Source of the DNA: Lingula anatina
Taxonomy: Eukaryota > Animalia > Brachiopoda
Assembly: GCA_051362555.1 (NCBI GenBank)
Contig: CM120642.1
Span: 1,798,001-1,862,000, forward strand
DNA length: 64,000 nucleotides
Direction of reading: 5' to 3'
Shown piece by piece: positions 53,191-64,000 of the stretch. Within the stretch, counting starts at the first letter, position 1. Each line of letters starts with the position of its first letter. Position numbers and translations under genes: made by a program. The notes under the pieces are model-generated. The model was not told where the DNA came from. It saw nothing but the letters and a program-made list of their open reading frames with translations, and ran no database searches.

Positions 53191-53970
53191 GGGATATTAA
53201 GGCGATGATATGATTTGCTGGTGATTATAACCTCCAACCTGATGGGCAATGAAATATCCGAGTGCAAAAATGAACGTGTTTGGTATACTGCAAGGTTTTG
53301 AAGGCCCATAATAGAAATGTATATTCATTTCAGCATTATAAATTACAAGATGATAATAAAGGTTTTGGACTGTCAGGCACGACTTCTTGCTTAATAACAT
53401 TGTGGACCGACCATGGCGTACAACATACAGGAAATATGCTATGAGCTAACCCTGCCCTCTGAACCAAGTAGTCACTCTAGTCTACAAGACAGGTTTGTAA
53501 CTGACTACCCTGGCCTACAGTGACCCTTGTGGGTAGTGATCATGAGTAACAATAGTGGGGAGGAATTCTTCTCTACCTCTATCAAGGGGATTGAACTCCC
53601 AAAACATACAAATATATTGAAAAGGCAGGATAAAGCATGTTGTCTTGGGTTTGTCTACTCAAAATATTTCAAGTTTGCAAATTCAACCCTATGGTTCAAT
53701 AAGCCAAATGTCCTCCTCCAAGCCCAGTTGCAAATTAAACACAATTATCAAATCAACATGTTCACACAAAGCAAGAAAGGAAGATAGAATACATTTATCA
53801 TCAAAACTAAAGAACTACACTAACTTGATTGTGCACATGCAAATAACATTATTATGTACAAGTTGTGCATGAATGTTCTATTTTTTATTTTCTTTAAAGA
53901 ACAACAATGCATGTCTCATGATTTTACAATTCTTGCATCATAATAAAGTTGAAATCACTCCAATCAAAGT

Positions 53971-56900
53971 CTAAGCAAATGCATTTTTAAACAAAGCAAC
54001 TGGATATGGTGGCTCCTGTGCAGGATGATAGTCCTCATTTTCTTCTTTGACTAATTCATGTGACGGCTGAGCACTGTTCTGGCAGACTAGATTTTTACCA
54101 AGATCAACCTCAGTTTCCCGCTGTCGTTGTGCTATTGGATCAGATGTCATGCAGTGAGGGTTACTTTCATGAAGATCACATTCGTTACTGCTGACAAACG
54201 TTTTGTAACAAAATTTACACAAGTATGGTTTTTCTTCAGTCTTAATTTCCTGTTGTTTTTCATCAAAACACTGTTTTGCAGTAAACGTCTTATTACAGTG
54301 CTGGTGCTTGCATGGCTTCTCTCCAGTGTGAATTCTTTCATGAGCAGTGCAATTTGTTTTATGAGTGAATGTCTTTTCACAACACTGACATTTGTATGGT
54401 TTCTCTCCCATGTGAATCCTTTCGTGTTCAGTGCACTGTTGTTTATTTGCAAATGTTTTACTACAGTACTGACATTTGTATGGCTTCTCTCCAGTGTGAA
54501 TTTTTTCATGATCATTGCATTGCTGGTTTTTTAAAAATGTTTTACTGCAGTACTGACATTTGTATGGTTTTTCTCCTGTGTGAACTCTTTCATGAAAACT
54601 GCACTGCTGTTTTCTCATAAATGTCTTATCACAGTGCTGACATTTGTATGGTTTCACTCCTGTGTGAATTTTTTCATGTTCAGTGCAATACCGTTTTGCA
54701 GTAAATGTCTTACTGCAGTGCTGGCATTTGAATGGTTTCTCTCCAGTGTGAATTCTTTCATGAGTAATGCAACACTTTTTTTCATTAAATGTCTTATTGC
54801 AATACTGGCATTTGTACGGTTTCTCCCCCAAGTGAATTCTTTCATGTACAATATACTTATCTTTATTAATGAATGTCCTATCACAGTGCTGACATTTGAA
54901 TGGTTTCTCTCCTGTGTGAATTCTTTCATGTCTGACACAATTACTCTTCAGAGTAAATGATTTATGACAATACTTGCATTTGTATGGTTTCTCTCTTGTG
55001 TGAATTCTTTCATTGTCATGGCATTCAGTTTTGTTTGTCATACTACAGTACTGGCATTTGTATGTTTTTTCTCCTGTTTGAATTCTTTCATGTATATTAG
55101 AATTATATGAAGGATTAAATTTTGTATGACAGAAATGACATTTGTATGTTCTCTCTCCTCTATGGATTCTTTCATGGACAACACAACTCCTTTTCGTAGT
55201 AAATGCCTTCTGACAGTACTGACATTTGTATGGCTTCTCTCCTGTGTGAATTTTTTCATGCAGAACACAATTGTTTTTATGAGTAAATCCCTTATCACAG
55301 TGCTGACATTTGTATGGTTTCTTTCCAGTGTGAATTCTTTCATGAGCAATGCAAAGATATATTTTAGTAAATCCCTTATTACAGTGATGACACTTGAATG
55401 GTTTCTCTCCTGTGTGAATTCTTTCATGATTAATGCAATGCTGTTTTTTTGTAAATGCCTCACTACAATACTGGCATTTGTAAGGTTTCTCTCCTGTGTG
55501 AACTCTTTCATGCAAACTGCATTGCTGTTTCCTCATAAATGTTTTACTGCAGTACTGACATTTGTATGGTTTCACTCCTGTGTGAATTCTTTCATGTTCA
55601 ATACAATACTTTTTTGCAGTAAATGTCTTACAGCAGTGCTGGCATTTGAATGGTTTCTCTCCAGTGTGAATTCTTTCATGAGTAATGCAAAACTTCTTTT
55701 CAATAAATGTCTTATCGCAGTACTGGCATTTGTATGGCTTCTCTCCTAAGTGAATTCTCTGATGTGCCACACAATTATTTTTATGAGTAAATGTCTTATC
55801 ACAGTGCTGACATTTGTATGGTTTCTCTCCAGTGTGAATTTTTTCATGAACAATGCAAAGATATTTTTTAGTAAATTCCTTATCGCAGTGATGACATTTG
55901 TATGGTTTCTCTGTGTGAATTCTTTCGTGTTCAGCACAATACCGTTTAGCAGTAAATGTCTTACTGCAGTACTGGCATCTGAATGGTTTCTCTCCTGTGT
56001 GAACTCTTTCATGACTAATGCAACACTTTTTTTCATTAAATGTCTTACAGCAATACTGGCATTTGTAGGGTTTCTCCCCCAAGTGAATTCTTTCATGTAC
56101 AATATATTTATCTTTATTGGTGAATGTCCTATCACAGTGCTGACATTTGAATGGTTTCTCTCCTGTGTGAATTCTTTCATGTCTGACACAAGTACTCTTT
56201 ACAGTAAATGATTTATGACAATGCTTGCATTTGTATGGTTTCTCTCTTGTGTGAATTCTTTCATTGTCATGGCATTCAGTTTTGTTTGTCATACTACAGT
56301 ACTGGCATTTGTATGTTTTTTCTCCTGTTTGAATTCTTTCATGTATATTAGAATTATATGAAGGATTAAATTTCTTATGACAGAACTGACATTTGTATGT
56401 TCTCTCTCCTCTATGGATACTTTCATGAGCAACACAACTCCTTTTCGTAGTAAATGCCTTCTGACAGTACTGACATTTGTATGGTTTCTCTCCTGTGTGA
56501 ATTATTTCATGTTTATTGCACCGTTGTTTATTTGCAAATGTTTTACTACAGTACTGACATTTGTATGGTTTCTCTCCTGTGTGAACTCTTTCATGAAAAC
56601 TGCATTGCTGTTTTCTCATAAATGTCTTACTGCAGTACTGACATTTGTATGGTTTCACTCCTGTGTGAATTTTTTCATGTTCAATGCAATACTTTTTTGC
56701 AGTAAATGTCTTACAGCAGTACTGACATTTGAATGGCTTCTCTCCTGTGTGATTTTTTTCATGCAGAACACAATTATTTTTATGAGTAAATGTCTTCTCA
56801 CAGTGCTGACACTTGTATGGTTTCTTTCCTGTCTGTATTTTTACATTATCAATACAATCTTGCTCTTTCATAAATGTCTTATTACAGTACTGGTATTTCT

Positions 56901-57094
56901 GTGTTTTTTCATCAGTGTGAATTCGTTCATGAACTTCGCAGCTCCATTTTGCAGCAAACATCTCATCACAGTACTGACATTTGTAAGATTGGTCTCCCGC
57001 CTTTGTGCATTCTTCCATCATGTTCATAATGTCTTCTTGGAACTTATCACAGAGCAGGCATTTGTGTGGTTCCTTCCCACTGTGTGTCCCCAGA
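53971..57094 (-). CDS. Tandem C2H2 zinc-finger protein (~33 fingers, ~1000 aa), one large coding exon; start uncertain
   Basis: 1053-aa ORF with repeated CxxC-x12-HxxxH and TGEKPY linkers; candidate acceptor at 57095-96, first ATG after it at 57027; possible upstream donor GTGAGT near 57734. Confidence 0.93.
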
Positions 57095-59176
57095 CTAAAA
57101 TAATCAAACATGTAGGTCAATCGTAAATGCAACCTACTGGATAAAAAAACAATCTGTTACTTAAAAAATTCAGTTACCTAGATCTTCAAACGTGAATTCC
57201 TATTTAATCAGATTTTTAAACAAAGAAAGGAGAAAATTCGAAGCACGACTCTACCTAAGCTTATCCAGGGCCCAATGCTGGATTTTTTTTTCATTAGAGT
57301 TTGAGCTCAAAGAGTGATGACGTCATCGGCAGCATATAGTTTTCACAACTACAAGCTAGTACAATAATGTAATTTGATTTGAAAGCTGATTGTCCATTTC
57401 ATCTATTTTATATATTTCTTTTAAAGATAAAATTCTATTTGTACAAATTCAGAGTCCAATTCAATGAAGACTACCTCTATGATAAAACTGAATTGATCCA
57501 TTTCAAATGTATTTTTTGCAAAGACGAACGGCGCATCATAGAGAAGCTAGACAGTGGTCCCATTCAACTCAAGCAAAAAAAAAATAAATAAATAAATAAA
57601 AATAAAAAAATAATAGCAATAATAATAATAAAATTAAAAAAAATAACAATAAAACCATTTGGTCACAGGAGTTTTGGATATTAGCAAATTAAATGTGTCT
57701 TTTAATAACAGTTTCAATAGATATCGTCACTCACCGCAGCTACCTGCCCACAGTGTGGAGTAGTGATTGCTGCCCTTAAGAAACGTAGGGCCTACTTGTC
57801 TTACGGTGAGAAGCAGGTTAAAGGGACCCAAGATCTAATATACCATAATATCCGTTTATTAGATCTTAGAAGGGACCAAGAAATACGTAGCCCCCCCTAC
57901 CCTTGTCTCAATAACAAAACTACACTCTATTCTTTTGTCCGAGTTTTTGTGATTTTATCAACTACGCCAAGTTTCAGAAACTTTCACACATCAGTAGCAA
58001 ACCACCAGATAACGATCTGACACACTCAGCGATGAATAGACTTTACCTGTCAGTCTTTACCTGTCACCTGGTGAACTTGGTTTAACCTACGACTCAATAT
58101 TCAATGTGAAGTGCAGAACGAGTAGGGCCTATATTGTGTGCGAGACGCTGTCTGGTCTGGCATGTTTTATTATTGATTTAACAATAAAATTTTAAAATTG
58201 TCATAGGCCTATAATAGGCCTAATAACGATGATGAAGATGATGATTGTTTTATGATTCTAATTCTTATAATTTTTACCACTGTGTAACACAGTGGTAAAA
58301 ATTATATAATTAAAAAATTATAAGAAATAACACTGGTTTCATTGATATTTTTGGGACACCGTTTATCGAATGATAGTCCGTTTATAGTTGTTTTAGAATT
58401 CACTATATTTATAAAAGCTGTTGCGTATCCCGGTAGACGTTTTCAATTGATAAATTCTTTCTCGGGGCAATAGTGTAACAAGAATAAGAATATGTTACGT
58501 ATAGTTTGGGTAGCACAGTAAGTCTAAATGCACGGACCATTACTGGTGAAAAAGCATTTTTTAAAAGGAAATTATAGCTGAACTAATTTCAATTACCAAC
58601 CTCGAGCACAAAAAATAGTAACTTCCCTCTAAATTCGAGTATGAAAAGTCACTCCTGTTTGACGGAGCAACATCAGACGCAAGAGAGCAAGGGCGTCAAG
58701 GGCGAGATATAAAAGATTATGACCCTAACTTTTCAATGGGGAAACATCAATATTTCATTAACATAATTTTGGGATCGTGCATCCCCCCCCCCCCCCCCCC
58801 CCCCACACACACGCATGCACACAGTATAGAAGAGAAACATGGGGTAGCTTGTTTTTCAATTTTGTTGCTACCACTTATTAGCAATGTTTTATTTTAAGGA
58901 TTTATGACTTAAGTACATGTAGTATCAGTTTTATAAAATTCTCAACGTTCCCCACGAAAAAGATGGGAGTCGTTACCGTAACATAGTGACGATATTCCGG
59001 GGAAATACTACGTTGACCGTCTCACTAATGCTTGGCTCTCCTATCATTCTTTGTGACTCGGCATTTGTAACGGTGCTTGGAGAAATATACACATGTGATA
59101 AGCAATTATTAATTTATTAAACACATAAGACAAATAAAAAATTATATCTAATTTTGGACCGCATTAAAAAGTATAA

Positions 59177-59207
<31 letters not shown>

Positions 59208-59459
59208 ATCCATTCCCAAAAAGACCGTATGAAGAGGAACACTGACTGTGCATTTAACCCTATACAGGTAGACCTACAGGTCATGAAGATATTGACTTCC
59301 CCGTACCACAGTCAGTGATAGCAGTATGGCAGTTCAGTTTTTTTGTTTTAACATGTTAATATCACATTGATGGTGCATCATAAGTTGAGTTCACGGCAGT
59401 CTTCTCCATTATCACCACTATAAACGTATCTCAAATCAGTGACAACACAGCAACCAATT

Positions 59460-61291
59460 CTACATCATACTGTTGCCTTCAAACGGGCGACACCTGTCGG
59501 ACTTGAAATAGGCTGCTAAGTTGGGTCTTTGGGACATTCTCTCTTTGAACTCGCGACACAGAGGGAAGCTACCCTTCAGTTCCTCCCATGGTGCGGGAAA
59601 TTGTGACTCGGTCGCCCTTAACACATGGAGAAGAGCTAGATCTACGTACGTCATCTTGGTGCCAATCGCATACCTGGTAAAAGAAAAAAACATGTATAAT
59701 AGATGTCTCTAGTCTCAAGCTGAAGTGTTAACTTCGGACTCAAAGCACACGATTATATTTCTGAGAAAAAATGAAGAATATATAATTTTCTTTCGATAAT
59801 GCGTTGAAATTATCCCGTGTTATATGAAAAAAAAGGGGGGGGGGGTACAAAATGTAACAGGAGGTGTGTTTCCAGTGGGTTTAACTATGTTAACAGCACC
59901 GAATGTCTTGATGTGTATCTGTGGCAATATTGCCCCTTTAGATGGAATTTTAAATAAAAAATGCCAATTGTGCAAATGAACATGGCAGCAAGAAAGAACC
60001 TTTTTCAATTTTTTTCAACCACAAAATTAAGAGCTGATGCAAACACACAAACGTCAGGATCACAATGTGTACACTTTCTGCGAATAATTTGATAAGACAA
60101 CAGGACTAAAAAACGGACAGAAACGTGAGCAACTTTATATTATAAGTTTTTTAACAAAGCTGATTTAAATTAATTACCCTTTCCCTCCGTGTTTCCCATA
60201 GTTAGCATTTAACAAATGCTCCAAGTTTCTCAGCCACTTTGGCAGTCGATTCTTCACAAAGAAGTCGATGTACGGCTGGGTCTCTTCCTTCTGTGTGTAG
60301 TAGGATTCTGTGTGATTGCGGCCATGAAATGCCAAGCGTCCTGAAATGTAATAATTTTTCAACTATCGAAATGCGTTAAAATAAAAATATGTGACCTACG
60401 TATTAGTCGTACTTGTATGAAGTAGGCCAAATGTTGGACTTGCAAATTCTTAAGCGTTAAAAGTCTGGATCGGGAAATATAAGAAGCTTAACAGGACATA
60501 AATATGGTTGTAGGTAGAAATGGGGAGAACCTCTAAAATTCATTTTGGCGGGAAAATCCCGTGGAGTGGCCCTTTAGAGTCAGTGCTATGAATTTCTTCT
60601 TCGTCGCACGGTAGATACATCGATGATCTTTGCGGGTATTACTGCGAGCAGAAGCATGTTCATGGTGGCGTTTTTTTTTCATCTATCAGAATTGAAGACC
60701 CCCCTTTACCCCTATGACCTATCTGTGACCTATGACCTACCATCAGCAATAAAGTCATGTATGGTAAGGTTAAACTGCCGCGCGTGATACTCCTCCTCCT
60801 CGCCTCCATCTGGATACAGCCCGAACTTCTTCCCGAGATACTCGCATATCACCGGAGTCTGGCTGAGGACAAAATCACCTGAAAATGATAAATGTCCACA
60901 AATTGGTTGAAATCAAGATCCTTTTCGATTCTTTTCATTTAAAGAACTGTATCGATTGATCATCTCAAAATTCGACAACTGCCATAAAACTTCAACCAAG
61001 ATATGGTTTCATCTACTGTGGGTATAGCCTAAGGTATTAACATATATTGTGACTAAAACAACAACGAGATTCGAGTTTAAACTCACCTTTCTTAATCACG
61101 GGCGGGGCAAAGCAAGGAAAGCTGAAGTCTTCTGATGGCGGAAGATCGATTTTCTTAAAGTTTTTGGACAACAATTCAACGTCATTGATCTCCTTGTACG
61201 GAACCCCGGCTTCCTCAAAAACCAGCCGCACAAATTCTCCGCGCCCTGCCAGAGGCCAGTAGTACAACACCCACTCGCTTGAAGAAGACAT
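59460..61291 (-). CDS. Glutathione S-transferase (Tyr-type N-terminus), 4 coding exons, ~239 aa
   Basis: Exons 61291-61087, 60878-60741, 60340-60178, 59673-59460 join in frame (720 nt). LYYWPLAGRGEFVRL, FAPP cis-Pro, LSQT, TYVDL N-cap and RPNLAAY motifs. Confidence 0.93.
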
Positions 61292-61746
61292 GATGAAGCT
61301 AGCTTAATTAGCTCACAATTATCCTGAAATGAAATAAGACAATATTTAAGTGGCAAAATGCTTAATTCAAATCCTTACCTGTATGTATGTTTTATAGAAA
61401 AATAAATGAATAAACGTAGGAAAAAGTGGGCAATAATTTCTCGTTTGTCACTTCCCACCAACCTCTTGGTTGAGCACTTAAATTATTTTCTTTTGTAAAA
61501 AAAAAATATATATATATATACCAAATATAAAAATATAATTTTTGTATACAACACTCGAAATCATTATTTTAAAAAATAATTAAGGTCTACAGTACCAATT
61601 TATGATAGTGTTTATCTAAAGTGATCGATTTTTACGTGAAATCTGTGATCAGGGGCGGGTCCAGGAATATTTGAAGGTGGGGGGGGGGGGGGGGGGGGGC
61701 AGATGGGGATGGGCTGGTCCTCTGATCCATTGTCATTCGGCTAGGA

Positions 61747-62014
61747 AGTCTCCAGTGCCCCGTCCCGCATGTGTGAGAGGTTAAACGTAAGGCCTCTTTT
61801 CGTGTTTTAACTTAAAAGTGTACCGTATATATAAATATAGGGTTTTTCACCAGTTCCGGGATAGCTTCCTCGATGCCACGTTTGCTATCAGTTTTCCTCC
61901 TGATGTCCTTCTCATCTATTTGGGAGAGGGTGGAACACCCAGCTTTCAACAAGACAGGAGGCCTCATAATCTGGTTTAACCTCTCACACGTATGGGACGG
62001 CGTGCTGGAGACTA
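61747..62014. mobile_element. Penelope-like element remnant with a ~40-bp inverted duplication
   Basis: KRGIEEAI (minus) and PAFNKTGGL...NLSHVWD (plus) resemble the PLE GIY-YIG C-terminus; 61747-61786 is an inverted copy of 61975-62014. Confidence 0.55.
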
Positions 62015-63162
62015 TATTCAGCGGCTATTGATTTCTAGTCGTGTTTCAATAAATAAGATGACCAGTCCATCCAGGTCATTAACCCCAGTACCGGTGCCAC
62101 CGGTTGATACCGCAACCTTGGTCACTTGTTATTTACCTGCACAATTATAAGTAAAATGCCTAACGCTCGACCAGTGCACCGACTTAAAATGTGCAAGTCA
62201 TTGATTTAGTAGGGATGACTTGCAAAAAAAAAAAATAATAATAAAAATAAAAATATAACCAAGGGATGACATGTTCCTGGGGGAGGGGGGGGGGGCGCGG
62301 GAATGTTATGGAATGGGTGCTGGTTTCTTGATTATACCGTCTCAGTTGATTTGATTTTGACTACTTAACAAATTATCCCCATCTTGATCGATCCCGTGTT
62401 TATCTGAGTTTCCGTTTGGGTTCAGATGGTTTAGTTCCTTTTTCGACTATTAACAAGCTCATTGTACAGAGCGTTTGAAATAACTTAAAAATAAAAACAG
62501 TAGGGCCTATTCAGTAACGTTACAGAATGCCATGTGGTGGATACATGACTCTGAGACAGCGAGACGTATCACATACCATACGGGTAGGGTGACGACATTT
62601 ACAGTGCCAACAGAGGAAAACCTACAGACAGTTATCACACGCCGACCAACGCCCCGCCCCTTTCTACGGCACAATGGTGGATGAATTCTCCCACCGATGG
62701 ATAGTGCGTGCCGTTTAATATTTGTACCATTAATAATGCTATTGAAGGCACCCAGTCTATACTTACGGTTCATGGACCTATTAAACATATTCATGTAGTT
62801 ACAGAACCCGAGAAGTTGAGTCAATATGTATACGTGTTGCATGCTCACCTTTCGGTGTACTTCTGTTAGATGTCTACTACGCCCATTCGAGTCCCTGATG
62901 TCATTGGACTAGTCCCGTTTCACCCTATTTATGTTGTTCACCTCGATTCACGTTCCTGCTACGTTAGATGACCCAGTTTTTGACTCTAAACAACATCTCG
63001 TTATCGGGGCTCCCGCAAATCACTGGAGTCTGGCTGAAGACCACTAGAATGCGGATCCAGGTTAATTTGAAGGTGGGGTGGAAGGGGGGGGGGTCCGCGG
63101 ATGCAAAGCCGACCCTCCCCCCTCACCCTTGGCGCGCGGGGTCGGGGTCACTTAATTTGAAG

Positions 63163-63335
63163 GGGGCGTCTCGATAGTCCGAAGGTTCATTGGTCCGAAG
63201 GTTCATTGGTCCGAAAAGTGGTAACATTTTCATCGATTTTTTAATCAAGGGTTCATTGGTCCGAAGGTTCTATAGTGAACATTCGGACCAATGAACCTTC
63301 GGACTATTGAACCTTCGGACTATCGCTACGGCCCC
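63163..63335. mobile_element. Mutator-like fold-back MITE with 9-bp TSD AATTTGAAG
   Basis: TIRs built from GGTTCATTGGTCCGAA repeats; inserted in another MITE-like element (~63046-63814). Confidence 0.8.
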
Positions 63336-64000
63336 AATTTGAAGGGTAAATAGAACTATGATTCAGCTAGTCAAAATTCTAATATTAAAGGCATAATAAC
63401 TCTTTGTATGAGACCTATATTTCACAATAAAAACCTTGTGAATAACTTATAGAAATATCATATATTCTGTTTTACCACAAAAACAGCAGTTATAGCTTTC
63501 ATTCTGATATTTGAACTTGTCGTTAGACCACGTGACCTCCATTGATGTCTATACTCTGTTAAAATCTCTTAAGAGATTTTAACAAAAAACCAAACTTTTT
63601 AGAAAAAAAACAGGGACTAACTTTGAATGTAAAAATGGATTCATTAACCATTGGTAAGTATGGGAAAATTGTTGTTTACTCCAGGAAAATTCATTTTTTG
63701 GCCGAAACGAAGAGTTATTATTGCTTTAAGAGGGGACCATTGGTGTGAGTTTTTTCAGAAATCGAAGGGGAGGGGGGACATGAGCCCCCTGACACCCCCC
63801 TAAATCAGCCACTGACTCAGAGGGCGCTTACCTCTCTCAAGTATTATTATTAATTGTCAATTAATCAACTTATTAAGTTACCATTTTCATAATTAAACTT
63901 ATCAATCAATCAACACATAATATTGCTAACAGACTTTTAAACAATTGTTGACTTTAGCTGAGATCTCCCCTGGGAGAGTTGACCGACACTAAATATAACT

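Noticed and set aside
54127-57126. Antisense and alternative-frame ORFs over the ZNF gene
   Set aside because: Shadow ORFs produced by the 84-bp finger periodicity.
62507-62848. 113-aa minus-strand ORF
   Set aside because: No recognisable domain or splice context; more likely a dispersed repeat remnant.

Overview
Eukaryotic, AT-rich animal genomic DNA with spliceosomal introns; a marine invertebrate is likely but is inference. Most short ORFs in the track are not genes. Seven genes can be assembled by hand from GT-AG exons: two tandem METTL27/WBSCR27-like SAM methyltransferases (+), two tandem paralogues encoding macrodomain + degenerate PARP domain (-), one compact macrodomain + H-Y-I PARP gene (+) head-to-head with them, a ~33-finger C2H2 zinc-finger gene (-) and a glutathione S-transferase (-). 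Highlights: (1) a macro-PARP cluster pairing an apparently active mono-ADP-ribosyltransferase with two intact-ORF pseudo-PARPs, with ISRE and NF-kB motifs at the putative promoters; (2) a ~1.39-kb intronic tandem array whose units each carry two Pol III-type RNA candidates, one with vault-RNA-like architecture. The rest is densely nested transposons (Tc1, piggyBac-like, Helentron/HINE, MITEs, LINE and Penelope remnants). All calls are manual reads; no database search was run.
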